From an uncultured Chloroflexia bacterium (lineage in GTDB: Bacteria > Chloroflexota > Limnocylindria > Limnocylindrales > CSP1-4), in NCBI GenBank assembly GCA_963715295.1, contig CAVQRP010000006.1, positions 155,585 through 219,584 of the forward strand: a stretch of 64,000 bases of DNA, given 5' to 3'. Below the pieces are notes generated by a model. The model made no database searches. It was given only the letters and a program-made list of their open reading frames with translations, and was not told the origin of the DNA. Shown one piece after another: positions 34,397 to 45,599 of this stretch. Within the stretch, counting starts at the first letter, position 1. Every line of letters begins with the position of its first letter. The translations under genes and the position numbers were made by a program.

Positions 34397-35563
34397 GTGC
34401 ACCAGATCGCCCGTGTCGAGGCCATCCCCGTCTCCTACCCGGAGCGCAACGACTTCGGCGCCCTGCGAACCCTCTGCCTGGTGCGCATCTCGACCACCGA
34501 CGGCGTCGTCGGCTGGGGCGAGGCGGTGACGCTGTGGCCGGAGGCCGCCTTCGCCACCCGGGCACTCGTCGAGGGCATGGCCGACCTGGTGGTGGGACGC
34601 GACCCGCTCGACGATGTGGCCATCTGGCACGCGCTCCATGACCGCGCCTGGTGGTACGGCTACAACGGCGGCATCGCCTCGTTCGCCATCGCGGCCATCG
34701 ACATCGCGCTGTGGGACCTCAAGGGCAAGCTGTTGGGTCTCCCGGTCGTGCAGCTCCTGGGTGGCGCGGTTCACGATCGCCTGCCCGCGGTGGCGTCATG
34801 CCACGCCCAGCATGCGGACATCGGCCGGATGGTCGAGGAGGCCCAGGCCTGGATGGCCACGGGCCTGCACGGTATCAAGGTCGGCTTCGGCAAGCGCGGC
34901 GATGCGCACCTGGGCTACGAGCACGACCGCGACGTGGAATACGTGCGCCGTCTGCGCGAGGGCCTGGGGCCGGACAGGCTCATCATGATCGACTGTGGCT
35001 GGCGCACCAGCTGGGACGTCATGACCGCGATTCGCCGCATCCGCGCCTTCGAGGAGTGGGGACTCCACTGGATCGAAGAACCGTTGGGAGCCTGGGACCC
35101 GCAGGGCTACGCGGATCTGCGCGCGCGGACGAGCACGCTCATCGCCTACGGCGAGAAGGAGTGGGATGTCGCCGGCTACGAGCGCATCCTCGCCACCGGG
35201 ACCGTCGACGTCGTGGGTATCGACCCCGGTCGTGCCGAGGGCATCACCGGGTTCCGCAAGGTCAGCGACCGCGTGGAGCAGCACCGCCGCCAGTCCAACG
35301 CCCACGCCTGGTCCTCGGCCATCGTGACCGCCGCCAGCCTGAACCTCAGCTTCGCCACTGCCAGCGCCAGGCTCATCGAGGTCAAGCCGCTGCGCGACCC
35401 GATGCAGCACGAGCTGCTCGCGGAGCCGCTGGTCCACCAGGGCGGCTGGTTCGAGGCACCGACCCGGCCGGGGCTTGGCATCGAGATCATCGAGGACGTC
35501 GTCGAGCGCTATCGATCGGAGCGGGTGCTGGCCGACCCGGCCTCGGTGGGAGCGAGGCCGTAG
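34397..35563 (+). CDS. enolase-superfamily sugar-acid dehydratase / cycloisomerase
   Basis: GTG at 34397 after AGGAGGA. IDIALWDLKGK, IKVGFG, IMIDCGW, LHWIEEP and AYGEKE motifs. Confidence 0.8.
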   Translation: MHQIARVEAIPVSYPERNDFGALRTLCLVRISTTDGVVGWGEAVTLWPEAAFATRALVEGMADLVVGRDPLDDVAIWHALHDRAWWYGYNGGIASFAIAAIDIALWDLKGKLLGLPVVQLLGGAVHDRLPAVASCHAQHADIGRMVEEAQAWMATGLHGIKVGFGKRGDAHLGYEHDRDVEYVRRLREGLGPDRLIMIDCGWRTSWDVMTAIRRIRAFEEWGLHWIEEPLGAWDPQGYADLRARTSTLIAYGEKEWDVAGYERILATGTVDVVGIDPGRAEGITGFRKVSDRVEQHRRQSNAHAWSSAIVTAASLNLSFATASARLIEVKPLRDPMQHELLAEPLVHQGGWFEAPTRPGLGIEIIEDVVERYRSERVLADPASVGARP

Positions 35564-35577
35564 GGGAGGGGTCGAGG

Positions 35578-36345
35578 ATGACGTGGAGTGTGGGCGCCGG
35601 CCTGGAGGGCAGGGGCGTCATCGTCACCGGGGCTGCCGGGGGCATCGGCCGGGCCGTGGCGGGGGCCTTCGCCACCACGGGCGCCCGGGTCCTGGCGGTC
35701 GATCTCGAGCAGGGCAGCGTCGATGACGTCGTAGCCGGCCTGGAGGGCACGGGGCATGTCGCCGTGGGCGCCGATGTGCGCGACCTGGCCAGCCACGCAG
35801 CGCTCGTCGAGCGAGCGCGGCGGGAGCTGGGCGACCTGTACGTGCTGGCCAACCTGGCCGCCGTGCTGCGACGCCGCGGCAGCGTGGCCGAGGTGACCGA
35901 GGACGACTGGGACGTCCAGCACGACGTCAACCTCAAGGCCGCCTTCTTCCTCAGTCGCGAGGTGGCCGAGGCCATGGTCGAGGCCGGCCGGGGTGGCCGC
36001 ATCATCCTGTTCACGTCGCAAGGCTGGTGGACGGGCGGTTTCGGCGGTTCGGTCGTCTATGCCTCCACCAAGGGCGGCGTGACCTCGATGTGCCGGGGCC
36101 TGGCGCGCACGTACGGCCCCCACGGCATCACCGTCAACGCGGTCTCGCCCGGACAGGTGGAGACGCCCATGCTCCTGACGGACCTGGACCCCGAGATCTA
36201 CGAGTCGATGCGTCGGGCCACGCCGCTGGGCTACGTGGCCCGGCCGGAGGAGCTGGCCGGCCCGGTCGTGTTCCTGGCCTCGGACCATGCCAGCTACATC
36301 ACCGGGGCGACCATCAACGTCTCCGGTGGCTTCCTGATGTACTGA
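35578..36345 (+). CDS. SDR family oxidoreductase
   Basis: 255 aa with TGAAGGIG (NAD(P) motif), YASTKGG (YxxxK) and ITGATINVSGG. Confidence 0.85.
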   Translation: MTWSVGAGLEGRGVIVTGAAGGIGRAVAGAFATTGARVLAVDLEQGSVDDVVAGLEGTGHVAVGADVRDLASHAALVERARRELGDLYVLANLAAVLRRRGSVAEVTEDDWDVQHDVNLKAAFFLSREVAEAMVEAGRGGRIILFTSQGWWTGGFGGSVVYASTKGGVTSMCRGLARTYGPHGITVNAVSPGQVETPMLLTDLDPEIYESMRRATPLGYVARPEELAGPVVFLASDHASYITGATINVSGGFLMY

Positions 36346-36354
36346 GGCGGACGG

Positions 36355-37380
36355 ATGGATCCCAGCACCAGGCGACCGCTGGGCCGCAGCGGCGTGGAGG
36401 TGACCCAGCTGGGGTTGGGCGGGGCGACATACGGCTCGATCTACCGGGAGGTGTCCGAGCGGGACGCCCTTGATGCCATCGACGCCGCCTGGGATGCCGG
36501 CATCCGCTACTTCGACACCTCGCCGTGGTATGGCCGTGGCCTGTCCGAGCTGCGCACCGGCGCCGGGCTGCGCTACCGGCCGCGTGAGGAGTACGTCCTC
36601 TCATCGAAGGTCGGCCGCTGCTTCGATGCCGCCCGGCCGGGAACCGAACCCGACCTGTCGCCGTGGGTGGCGCCGGCGCCGTTCCTGCATTACCACGACT
36701 ACACCTACGACGGCATCATGCGCAGCTACGAGCAGAGCCAGCTGCGCCTGGGCATGGCCTGGTACGACGTCGGCGTCATCCACGACCTTGACTTCTGGAC
36801 GCATCAGACCGAGCAGATGGTCCAGCACTACCTCGACCAGCTGCAGTCGAGCGGCTGGCGGGCGCTGGAGGAGCTGCGCCGGAACGGACTGCTCAAGGCC
36901 ATCGGCGCGGGCATCAACGAGTTGGGCATGATGCGGCGCTTCCTGGCTTTCTGCGAGCCGGACTTCTGGCTCGTCGCGATGCCCTACACGTTGCTGCGCC
37001 AGGAGATGCTCGACGAGGAGTTCGACATCTGCGCGAAGCGGGGCATCAGCGTGGTCATCGGGGCACCCTTCCAGTCGGGCATCCTGGCCACCGGCGCTGT
37101 GCCCGGGGCGCGCTCGGACTACCGGCCCGCGGACGAAGCCACGCTGGCGAAGGTGCGGCGCATCGAGGCGGTCTGCGCCCGCCACGAGGTGCCGCTGGCA
37201 GCGGCGGCGCTGCAGTTCGTGATGGGTCACCCGGTGGTGGCCGCGGTCATCCCGGGGGCGGCGTCGCGGGCACAGGTGGAGCGCAACGTGGCCACCTTCC
37301 GCCACCCCATCCCGGTCGATCTGTGGGCCCAGCTGAAGGCGGAGGGCCTGCTGCGCGAGGACGCGCCCGTGCCCGACTGA
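36355..37380 (+). CDS. aldo/keto reductase (aldose 1-dehydrogenase-like)
   Basis: 341 aa with LGLGGA...GIRYFDTSPWYG...SSKVGR, typical of the AKR family. Confidence 0.8.
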   Translation: MDPSTRRPLGRSGVEVTQLGLGGATYGSIYREVSERDALDAIDAAWDAGIRYFDTSPWYGRGLSELRTGAGLRYRPREEYVLSSKVGRCFDAARPGTEPDLSPWVAPAPFLHYHDYTYDGIMRSYEQSQLRLGMAWYDVGVIHDLDFWTHQTEQMVQHYLDQLQSSGWRALEELRRNGLLKAIGAGINELGMMRRFLAFCEPDFWLVAMPYTLLRQEMLDEEFDICAKRGISVVIGAPFQSGILATGAVPGARSDYRPADEATLAKVRRIEAVCARHEVPLAAAALQFVMGHPVVAAVIPGAASRAQVERNVATFRHPIPVDLWAQLKAEGLLREDAPVPD

Positions 37381-37455
37381 TCGGCCTGCCGCGGCATCTA
37401 CCCGCGCGGCGGCGGGGTGTTACAGCATGACTCTCCTACTCTCCGAGAGGTCGAG

Positions 37456-37675
37456 ATGCTCGTCAAGCTGCGTCACAAGGGCCAGATCGACCCTCCCCGA
37501 CGAGATCCGTCGCGCGGTCCGGCTGGCTGAGGGCGACTACCTGGCGGTCTCGGTGCGTGGCGACGCCATCGTGCTGGAGCCCAAGGCCGTCGTCGATGCC
37601 TCGCAGGCGTGGTTCTGGCAGCGGGATTGGCAGGCTGGCGAGCGCGAGGCATCCGCGCCTGCAGGGCACCCATGA
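37456..37675 (+). pseudogene. AbrB/SpoVT-type antitoxin, frame-disrupted
   Basis: MLVKLRHKGQI (ATG at 37456) continues, after one extra base near 37488, as TLPDEIRRAVRLAEGDYLAVSVRGDAIVLEPK in the frame of track ORF 37427..37675. A short RelE-like remnant follows (see findings). Confidence 0.5.
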
Positions 37676-37865
37676 CGTCTTCGAGATGACCTGGTCCGCG
37701 GACGGCAGGGCGACCTTCCAGTACGGCCCACGGGGAGCCTCGGGGGCCCACGTCATCTGGGCGACGGATCGGTCGCCACGACGTCCTGCACCGGCCGTAG
37801 GGAGGCCTGGTCGGGCCCTCCGTGCGTATCTGGGGCCGAACCCCATCGGTCGCAGGACCGACCAC

Positions 37866-38513
37866 TCATTCCACGTGGTAGATCTCGCGCGCGGTGAGGT
37901 TGCGCCCATCGGCTCCGGTGAAGGTGGTGATGACGCCATCGAAGGCACGACCCCAACGTGCGGCCACGTCGGTGGCGTTGATGCGCGCGATGACCGTGTC
38001 GAAGTCGGGGAAGTAGTCACCCACGTACACGACATGCGCACCACGGCGGAAGCCGGTGTAGTCGCGGTAGCCGGCCTCGGCGATGGCGGCCAGCATCTCC
38101 GGCCAGGGCTCGGCGTGGAGCCGGTCGTAGTGGTCCGCTCGCTCCGGGTCGATGACGAGGCTGAAGCAGCCACGCTCGAAGGGACCCTCCGGCCGCGGTG
38201 CGTCGGTATGGAAGACCTCGTCGTACCAGATCAGTCCGCCACCCGGTGACTCGAGGTCAGCCAGCACGTCTCGCAGCTCGTGCCGCCGCTCGCGGCTGAT
38301 GGGTGCCTCCAGGTAGCGCCGATAGGCGGTCTCGCGGTCGGGCTCGGCCTCGGCGTAGCGCCAGGCGTCGGTGCCGCGTCGGAAGACCGTCACATTGCGC
38401 AGGCCGGCCTCGGCCATGGCCGCCGCGACCTCCCGGGGGACCTCCTGGTGCATCCGGTCGAAGCGATCCTCCGTGCCGGGGAAGAGGCGGAAGTAGTGCA
38501 GGCAGCGCTCCAT
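37866..38513 (-). CDS. rhaM: tandem (duplicated) L-rhamnose mutarotase-domain protein
   Basis: 215 aa. Two ~100-aa halves each have the mutarotase pattern (H..VP.E....M.EAG..N...FRRG... and H..PWPE.L.AI.EAGYRDYT.FRRG...). Confidence 0.7.
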   Translation of the reverse strand: MERCLHYFRLFPGTEDRFDRMHQEVPREVAAAMAEAGLRNVTVFRRGTDAWRYAEAEPDRETAYRRYLEAPISRERRHELRDVLADLESPGGGLIWYDEVFHTDAPRPEGPFERGCFSLVIDPERADHYDRLHAEPWPEMLAAIAEAGYRDYTGFRRGAHVVYVGDYFPDFDTVIARINATDVAARWGRAFDGVITTFTGADGRNLTAREIYHVE

Positions 38514-38521
38514 GGTGCTCC

Positions 38522-39391
38522 TCAGATGCGGAAGTAGCGCTCGGCGTTGCCGCTGAACATGGCGGTCTGCTCGGCGGGTGTGAAGGTGCTGCTGATCTGG
38601 GCGTAGGCGTCGACGACGTCGGGGTACGACGAGAAGAGGCGGTCGACCGGCCAGTTGGTGCCGAAGATGGTGCGCTCCACGCCGAAGGTGTCGATGCAGA
38701 ACAGCACCATGGGTCGCAGCGACTGGAGCGTCCAGCGCGGGTCGCCCATGCCCAGGGCCGAGATCTTGATGATGACGTTGGGTGCCTCCGCGAGGTTGGC
38801 CAGCTCGCGCCGCCAGAGGTCCAGGTACTCGGCATCGCGCCGCAGCGGCAGGCCGGCGTGGTCAAGGCAGATGCGCGTGTCGGGGAAGGCACGCGCCAGG
38901 TCCTTCACCTTGGCGTAGCGCTCTGGCCGCGAGTCCATGCAGGCGACCAGGTCGTGCGCGCGCAGATGGGCGAAGCCACGCCTCCAGGCGGGATCGAGCT
39001 CGTAGTCGCCCTCGCCGAAGTCGCGCACGCCGCGCAGGTTCGGGAACGCCAGGTGCGCCTCGATGACGGCCTCGGCGTCGGGTTGGGCCAGGTGCACCTC
39101 GGCCACGATGCCGTGGGGGTGACCGAGGCGATCGGCGAAGGCCTGCAGCCAGCGTGTCTCCTCCACCGGGTCCGGCGTGCCCACCGCGCACTCGACGTGG
39201 ATGGACTTGACCACGTTGGCGAAGCGGGACTCGGCGATCCAGTCGTCGGCCCAGTAGCGCTGGGCCTGGATGGCCTCCACGGCTTCGAGGATGTGGTGCT
39301 TGACACCCGGCTGCAGCCAGCCGTACTGCAGCGTCGGATGCCCCAGGTCGTAGAAGTGGACGTGCGTGTCGATGAACGGGATCGCTGCCAC
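38522..39391 (-). CDS. amidohydrolase-2 family sugar lactonase (fucono-/rhamnono-lactonase-like)
   Basis: 289 aa with IDTHVHFYD at the N-terminus and LDHAG, which are typical amidohydrolase_2 metal ligands. Confidence 0.75.
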   Translation of the reverse strand: MAAIPFIDTHVHFYDLGHPTLQYGWLQPGVKHHILEAVEAIQAQRYWADDWIAESRFANVVKSIHVECAVGTPDPVEETRWLQAFADRLGHPHGIVAEVHLAQPDAEAVIEAHLAFPNLRGVRDFGEGDYELDPAWRRGFAHLRAHDLVACMDSRPERYAKVKDLARAFPDTRICLDHAGLPLRRDAEYLDLWRRELANLAEAPNVIIKISALGMGDPRWTLQSLRPMVLFCIDTFGVERTIFGTNWPVDRLFSSYPDVVDAYAQISSTFTPAEQTAMFSGNAERYFRI

Positions 39392-39529
39392 GGGCTCATC
39401 GTAGCCACTCGGGGCCGGCTCTGGGAACGTCGCTGACCAGCTCGGAGGTGTCGTTCAGCCCATCGGTCCTGCCACGCAGGGCTGTCCGACCGCCTCTCCG
39501 GCGATCGGCCGCTCAGCTATCCTCCGACG

Positions 39530-41128
39530 ATGGCTGAGCGCGATGAGGAGGCGACGCAGCAGCCTCCATCGGCCCTGGATGACGGGACAGCGGCTGGACC
39601 GGCGATCGATCCTGCCGTAGCTGCAGCTGTGCGCGGCCCGGTGCTGGAGATGCGCGGTATCTCGAAGCGCTTCGGTGAGATCCAGGCGCTCGATGACGTC
39701 TCGCTCGGCCTTGTGCCGGGCGAGATCCACGCGCTCCTCGGCGAGAACGGCGCGGGCAAGTCGACCCTCATCAAGGTCATGACCGGTGTCGTGCAGCCGG
39801 ACGTCGGCGACATCCGCATCGATGGTCAGCCCGTCCACATCGGCAGCGCCTTCGACGCACAGACCTACGCGGTCGCGGCCATCTACCAGGAGCCCATGGT
39901 CTTCCCCGACCTGACCGTGGCCGAGAACATCTTCATCGGCCACCGCGACCGCGGGCGCATCGTCAACCGCCGCCGGATGCGCGAGGAGGCGAAGGCGGTC
40001 CTGGCGCGACTGGGCGTCGATTTCGATGTCATGCAGCAGGCGCGCGGGATCACGCTGGCCCAGCAGCAGACGGTGGAGATCGCGAAAGCGCTCTCGCTCG
40101 ACGTGCGGGTCCTGGTCATGGACGAGCCGACCGCCTCGCTGAGCGCGCACGAAGTCGCCCAGCTGTTCGGCATCGTCTCGAGGCTGCGCAGCCAGGGCGT
40201 GGCCATCCTCTTCATCTCGCACCGGCTCGAGGAGGTCTTCCGGGTCGCCGACCGCATCACCGTCATGCGCGACGGTCGCTGGATCTCGACGACTGCGCGG
40301 CACGAGCTGACACCCGGCGAGGCCATCCGGCAGATGGTCGGCCGGGAGGTGACCGAGTTCTTCACGAGATCCCCATCCGCGCCTGGGGAGGTCCTGCTCG
40401 AGGTCCGTGACCTGGGCCGCGAGGGCGCGTTCGAGGGCGTGTCCTTCGATCTGCGCCAGGGCGAGGTGCTGGGATTCGCCGGCCTCGTCGGGGCTCGCCG
40501 CACGGATGTCGGCCTGGCCCTCTTCGGCATCGCCCCGGCTGACAGTGGAGAGATCCGACTGGAGGGCGAGGCCGTCCGCATCAGGAACCCGCAGGATGCG
40601 CTCGGTCTCGGTATCGCCTACGCCACGGAAGACCGTCGCGGCCTTGGTCTGATCTTCTCCCAGTCGATCGCGTCAAACATCACCCTGCCGTCGCTGGGCA
40701 AGTACCTGTCACGGATCGGCATCACCCAGCGTACAGCTGAACGGGCGATCGCGGAGACGTTCCGGGAGCGCCTGTCCATCCGGGCGCCCTCCGTGGATAC
40801 GCCGGCTTCGTCCCTGTCCGGCGGCAACCAGCAGAAGGTGGTGCTCTCCAAGTGGCTGGCGACCACGCCCAAGGTCCTCATCCTCGATGAGCCCACAAGA
40901 GGTATCGACGTGGGTTCCAAGGTTGAGGTCCACCACCTCATCGACGAGCTGGTTGCGCAGGGCATCGCCATCATCATGATCAGCTCGGACCTGCCGGAAC
41001 TGCTGCCCATGAGCGACCGCATCCTGGTCATGCGCGAGGGACGCCAGATGGCCATCCTCGACGCCAAGGAGGCGACCCAGGAATCCGTCCTGTCGATGGC
41101 CATGGGCCAGCTGGAGCCGGCGACGTGA
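39530..41128 (+). CDS. sugar ABC transporter ATP-binding protein (two fused ABC domains)
   Basis: 532 aa. Walker [10 protein letters not shown], signatures LAQQQ.. and LSGGNQQK, and two Walker B motifs (LVMDEPT, LILDEPT). Confidence 0.85.
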   Translation: MAERDEEATQQPPSALDDGTAAGPAIDPAVAAAVRGPVLEMRGISKRFGEIQALDDVSLGLVPGEIHALLGENGAGKSTLIKVMTGVVQPDVGDIRIDGQPVHIGSAFDAQTYAVAAIYQEPMVFPDLTVAENIFIGHRDRGRIVNRRRMREEAKAVLARLGVDFDVMQQARGITLAQQQTVEIAKALSLDVRVLVMDEPTASLSAHEVAQLFGIVSRLRSQGVAILFISHRLEEVFRVADRITVMRDGRWISTTARHELTPGEAIRQMVGREVTEFFTRSPSAPGEVLLEVRDLGREGAFEGVSFDLRQGEVLGFAGLVGARRTDVGLALFGIAPADSGEIRLEGEAVRIRNPQDALGLGIAYATEDRRGLGLIFSQSIASNITLPSLGKYLSRIGITQRTAERAIAETFRERLSIRAPSVDTPASSLSGGNQQKVVLSKWLATTPKVLILDEPTRGIDVGSKVEVHHLIDELVAQGIAIIMISSDLPELLPMSDRILVMREGRQMAILDAKEATQESVLSMAMGQLEPAT

Positions 41129-42189
41129 GGAGCGCGCTCTTCCGGCACGTGCGGCCTGAGCAGGTCCGGGAGATCACGCTCCTGATCATCATCGTCCTGC
41201 TGCTGCTGTTCTTCGCCACGCAGGTCCCCAACTTCCTGTCGGGCCGGACCTTCACCCGGGTCACGACAGCCATCCCCGTCACCGTCGTGCTCGGTGTCGG
41301 GCTGACGCTCGTCGTGCTGACGCGCAATATCGACCTGTCCATCGGTGCCATCGTGGCCGTGGTCGCCTACGGGGTCGGTACCCTCCTGGCCAACGATCCG
41401 GGCATGAGTCCCGTCATCGTGATCGCGCTGAGCGTCGCCATCGGGGTGGGCCTCGGCGTCATCAACGGTCTCATCGTCGCCTACGGGGGCGTTCCAGCCA
41501 TCGTCGCCACCCTGGGGACGATGGCCCTGTTCCGCTCCGTTCTGGTGACCATCACCGACTCCAGGCCGGTCACGACGGCACGCCTACCAGACTGGATCGT
41601 GGACCTCAACGGCATCAGGCTCATCTCGCTCGATGACCTTGACGTGCGGGTCCTGCCGGTCATCGCGTTGGCCGTGGTCATCGTCTTCCAGCTCCTGCTC
41701 CGCTACGCGAGCTATGGTCGGCGCCTCTTCGCCATCGGCTCGAATCCCGATGCCGCGCAGGTCGCCGGCCTGCCCATGAAGCGAGATGTCTTCGTGGCCT
41801 TCGTGCTGTGCGGCGCGCTTGCCGGGCTCGGCGGGTTCATGTACATGGCGCGCTTCGGGAACATCGACACACAGTCCGCCGTCGGGCTGGAGCTGGTGGT
41901 CGTGGCCGCCGTGGTGGTCGGCGGCGTCAATATCTTCGGCGGATCGGGCTCGATGATCGGGGTCATGCTCGGTGCCATCCTCATCGTTCTCGTCGATCAG
42001 GGCCTCATCCGCTGGGCAGCCATCAGCGAGTTCCTCCGCGACGCCCTGCTCGGCCTCCTCATCCTGTTGGCCGTCGCCTCGGACACGGTCATCCTGGAGA
42101 GGCTGCGTGTCATCTGGGCCCGGGCGAGACGCGCCGAACAGGAGAGCTCGAGGGAGCCACCAGCAGCGGCCGGCGGTGAGCAGCCATGA
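41125..42189 (+). CDS. sugar ABC transporter permease
   Basis: 354 aa, multi-TM, RbsC/AraH-like ([21 protein letters not shown]). Start overlaps the upstream stop. Confidence 0.8.
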   Translation: MRSALFRHVRPEQVREITLLIIIVLLLLFFATQVPNFLSGRTFTRVTTAIPVTVVLGVGLTLVVLTRNIDLSIGAIVAVVAYGVGTLLANDPGMSPVIVIALSVAIGVGLGVINGLIVAYGGVPAIVATLGTMALFRSVLVTITDSRPVTTARLPDWIVDLNGIRLISLDDLDVRVLPVIALAVVIVFQLLLRYASYGRRLFAIGSNPDAAQVAGLPMKRDVFVAFVLCGALAGLGGFMYMARFGNIDTQSAVGLELVVVAAVVVGGVNIFGGSGSMIGVMLGAILIVLVDQGLIRWAAISEFLRDALLGLLILLAVASDTVILERLRVIWARARRAEQESSREPPAAAGGEQP

Positions 42190-43191
42190 CGACCAGGCTC
42201 GGCCCCTACCTGCGACGCTGGGAGACGTTCCTCTTCGCGTTGCTTGTGGGGGTCATGGCCACGAACGCCCTCGCGGCCCCTGGCTACCTCGGACTCCAGA
42301 ACCAGTCGAACCTCCTCGAGCTGAGCCTGGAGAGGGCCATCGTCGCGCTGGCCATGGCCTTCGTGATCATCAGCGGTGAGATCGACCTTTCCGTGGCGTC
42401 CGTGATGGGCCTGTGCGCCGTGATCATGGGCGTGCTCTGGCAGGCCGGCCTGCCCATCGAGCTTGCTGTCATCGTCGCCATCATCAGCGGTGCCGCATGC
42501 GGGCTTTTCAACGGCTTCTGGGTCGCCGTCGTGGGTCTTCCCTCGCTGGCCGTGACGCTGGCCGGGCTGATCGGCTTCCGGGGTCTGGCCTACTTCCTTG
42601 TCGAAGGCGAGTTCATCACCGGCCTGCCCGACCAGTTCAAGGCCATCGCGCAGCAAGACCTGGTCGGCCCTGTCCCGGCCTCGGTCTTCGTCTACGCCAT
42701 CTTCGTCGTCATCGCCGTCGTGCTCCTCCATGGGTCCGGGTTCGGTCGCTACGTGTATGCGATCGGCAACAGCAAGGCTGCGGCGACCTACTCCGGTGTC
42801 AGGGTCGTGCGGGTGAAGCTGGCCGTGTTCACGATGTCCGGCATCGTGGCGGCCATCGGTGGGCTCATCATCGCGTCACGCTTCGGGGCCGTGCGGGGTG
42901 GCACGGCAGAAGGCTTCGAGCTGGAGATCATCACCATGGTGCTGCTGGGCGGTGTCAGCATCTTCGGTGGGTCCGGGACGATGATCGGGGTGATCCTGGC
43001 CACCCTCCTGGTCCTGAACCTGCGCAACGGCATGGACCTGGCGACCATCAGCGGCAATACCCAGCTGGGCGTGATCGGCCTGCTGCTCGATCTTCTCGGT
43101 GCTGCTCCCGAACCTCGGGTCGAGAATGCGCGATCGATACCGCGCGCGGCAAGCCCGATCGGCGCAAGCAGCAGCCTCGACCCCCGAGTGA
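42186..43191 (+). CDS. sugar ABC transporter permease (second), probable frame disruption near the 3' end
   Basis: The track ORF runs 42186..43235. After about 43090 another frame gives a more natural tail (LLLIFSVLLPNLGSRMRDRYRARQ...*, TGA at 43189-43191). Confidence 0.7.
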
Positions 43192-43328
43192 CCCAGCCAC
43201 AAGGGGTGGTCCACCTCCACCGGGGTGCTTGGTAGGGTTACCATTCGGTAGGTGACGAGTCCCCGCCGGGCGCGCCTCGCGCTCGGGAACCAAAAGACAG
43301 GGATCTCGCAGAGCAGGAGGAGGATCGC

Positions 43329-44411
43329 ATGAGACTGCCTCGTAGCGCCGTAGTTGCGGCCATGTCTGTCGCGCTCACGGTCTCTGGCCTGGGCGGCGCC
43401 ACGCTCGCCCAGGATGGTGAGCCCGCGGTGGCGACCCCTGGGCAGGACGTCAAGATGATGCTGCTGCCCAAGTTCCTCGACAACGAGGTGTTCGTGCAGG
43501 CGAACGACGGCGCCCTTGAGGCTGCGGCAGAGCTGCAGAACCCCACGCCACACGACTTCGTCGGCCCGGCTTCCACGGATCCCGGCTCGGAGCAGATCTC
43601 GTACATGGTCAACGCCCCGGTCCAGGAATACGACGTGGTCATGCTCTCGAACAACGTCGGTGAGGACATCGCCGATGCCGCCGCCGAGGCGCAGGCCGCC
43701 GGCGTCAAGGTCGTGACCTGGGACTCGGGCATCCCGTCGGGCATCGGTGAGGATGTCTTCGTCGCGCAGGTCGATTTCGATCAGACCGGTGTCGTCATGG
43801 CCGACATGGCCCTGAGCATCCTGCCCGAAGGCGGGCAGTTCGCGATCCTGTCAGCCCGGCCCGAATCACCCAATCAGAACGCCTGGATCGCTGCCATGGA
43901 GGCCGCGCTCGAGGATCCCAAGTACGACGGCCTCGAGCTCGTCGAGACCGTCTACGGCAACGACAACTCGGAAGACAGCGAAGCTGCGGCGACCGGCCTG
44001 GTCGACAAGTGGCCGGACCTCAAGCTGATCATGTCCCCCACCACGATCGGCATCAAGGCAGCTGCCAAGGTCCTGACGGACGATGGTATCTGCGACGAGG
44101 TCAAGATCTCCGGCCTCGGACTCCCGTCCGAGATGGCCGCCTACACGCTGAGTGGCTGTGCTCCCGAGTTCGCGCTGTGGTCGTTCGTCGACCTCGGCTA
44201 CCTCACCTACTACCTGTCCTACATGCTCGCGACCGGTGACCTGGAGGCTGTCGAGGGCGCGACCTTCGAGGTCGGACGCCCGGTCAGCGGCAACACGGTG
44301 TTCGAGATCACCGCTGACCCGACCCGGCCGGACGTCGAGGGTGCGCTCCGTGTCCTGATGGGCCCCTTCACCGTCTACACCGCTGAGAACGTCGAGGCTG
44401 CCGCTGGCTGA
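43329..44411 (+). CDS. rhamnose/autoinducer-2-type sugar ABC substrate-binding protein
   Basis: 360 aa. Signal peptide and periplasmic-binding-protein type I pattern ([15 protein letters not shown]). Genomic context is a rhamnose-type island. Confidence 0.75.
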   Translation: MRLPRSAVVAAMSVALTVSGLGGATLAQDGEPAVATPGQDVKMMLLPKFLDNEVFVQANDGALEAAAELQNPTPHDFVGPASTDPGSEQISYMVNAPVQEYDVVMLSNNVGEDIADAAAEAQAAGVKVVTWDSGIPSGIGEDVFVAQVDFDQTGVVMADMALSILPEGGQFAILSARPESPNQNAWIAAMEAALEDPKYDGLELVETVYGNDNSEDSEAAATGLVDKWPDLKLIMSPTTIGIKAAAKVLTDDGICDEVKISGLGLPSEMAAYTLSGCAPEFALWSFVDLGYLTYYLSYMLATGDLEAVEGATFEVGRPVSGNTVFEITADPTRPDVEGALRVLMGPFTVYTAENVEAAAG

Positions 44412-44434
44412 CCCGCCGCAAGCGTCGAAGTGAC

Positions 44435-44472
44435 GACCCCCGGTCCGCCTCGGCGGGCCGGGGGTCTTGTTC
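44435..44472. terminator. bidirectional stem-loop terminator between convergent genes
   Basis: GACCCCCGG-TCCGCC-tc-GGCGG-g-CCGGGGGTC followed by TTGTTC. It lies between the SBP gene (+) and the URO-D-like gene (-). Confidence 0.6.
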
Positions 44473-44498
44473 TGCGCGAGAAGGGCGCCCTTCCCGCC

Positions 44499-45599
44499 TC
44501 AGGTGTAGGCGCCGTGGCGCCTGACGGCCTCGATGAAGGCCTCGACGTTCTCGACGGGCGTGTCGCCCTGGAGGATGTGCGCCGGCGCCACCATGTAGCC
44601 ACCACCCGGGCCGAGGGCCTCGATCTTGGCCTTGATGTCGGCCTCGATCTCAGCCGGCGTGCCCTTGGGTAGCAGGTGCTGCTGGTCGATGGCGCCCCAG
44701 AACGAGAGGCGATCCCCGAACCTGGCCTTGAGCTCGTGCGGCTCGTGGCCGGGGACGTTGGGCTGGACCGGGTTGAAGACGTCCAGTCCGATCTCGACAA
44801 GGTCGTCGAGGATGGGTGCGATGGCCCCGTCGCAGTGGTACATGACCATGACGTCGGGGTTGACGGAGCGAAACTCGCGGAAGACCTCGGCGAAGCGGGG
44901 CTTGAAGATGCGCCGCCACATGTCCGGCGAGATCATCATGCCGTTCTGGGACCCGAAGTCGTCACCCGTCCAGATGCCGTCGACACCCAGCTCCACGAGC
45001 CGCCGGCCGATGGCGACGCTGAACTCCATGGTGCGGTCGATGAGCGCCTCGATGTAGGGCTCGCCCATGGCCATGTCGGTCATGAACTTCTGCAGGCCGG
45101 TCATATGCCAGGCCATCTCGAACATCGTCAGCTCGACGTCGCCGATGATGAAGTACTCGCCCCGGTAGCGATCGATGGTGCGCCGGGCGTCCTCGAAGCG
45201 AGCCTCGTCGGTGGGGTCGGGGAAGGGCAGGTGCCGGACCTCCGCGACGGTGCCGGCCTGCTCCAGGGGACCCTCGACGACGTCGTACCAGGCGACGCCC
45301 ATCCGCATCTTCATGCCGAACTCGTTGACGATGCAGCCGTCGTCGGTCTGCTCCGGCTCGAAGCCGGTCGGCACGCCGCCGCCGACGAGCACGCAATCGC
45401 TGCCCATGGCCACCCGGATCTCATTGCCGGAGGTGCGGTACTTGAGGTCCTCGTAGTAGTTGGCCTGCCAGCCGATGGGGATGTCCAGCTTCTGGCTGAA
45501 GGCCTCCAGCAGGGGGCGCGACAGGTCGAACTGCAGTGGGACTCGGTCCGGCAGGCCGTCGCGACGCAGGGCTCGCAGGACGCGCTCTCGTGAGTTCAT
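44499..45599 (-). CDS. uroporphyrinogen decarboxylase (URO-D) family protein
   Basis: Start MNSRERVLRAL (ATG at 45599) inside the longer track ORF 44499..46436. 366 aa with DDFGSQNGMMISP and a C-terminal APAHILQGDTP, typical of URO-D/MtaA-like enzymes. Confidence 0.7.
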   Translation of the reverse strand: MNSRERVLRALRRDGLPDRVPLQFDLSRPLLEAFSQKLDIPIGWQANYYEDLKYRTSGNEIRVAMGSDCVLVGGGVPTGFEPEQTDDGCIVNEFGMKMRMGVAWYDVVEGPLEQAGTVAEVRHLPFPDPTDEARFEDARRTIDRYRGEYFIIGDVELTMFEMAWHMTGLQKFMTDMAMGEPYIEALIDRTMEFSVAIGRRLVELGVDGIWTGDDFGSQNGMMISPDMWRRIFKPRFAEVFREFRSVNPDVMVMYHCDGAIAPILDDLVEIGLDVFNPVQPNVPGHEPHELKARFGDRLSFWGAIDQQHLLPKGTPAEIEADIKAKIEALGPGGGYMVAPAHILQGDTPVENVEAFIEAVRRHGAYT

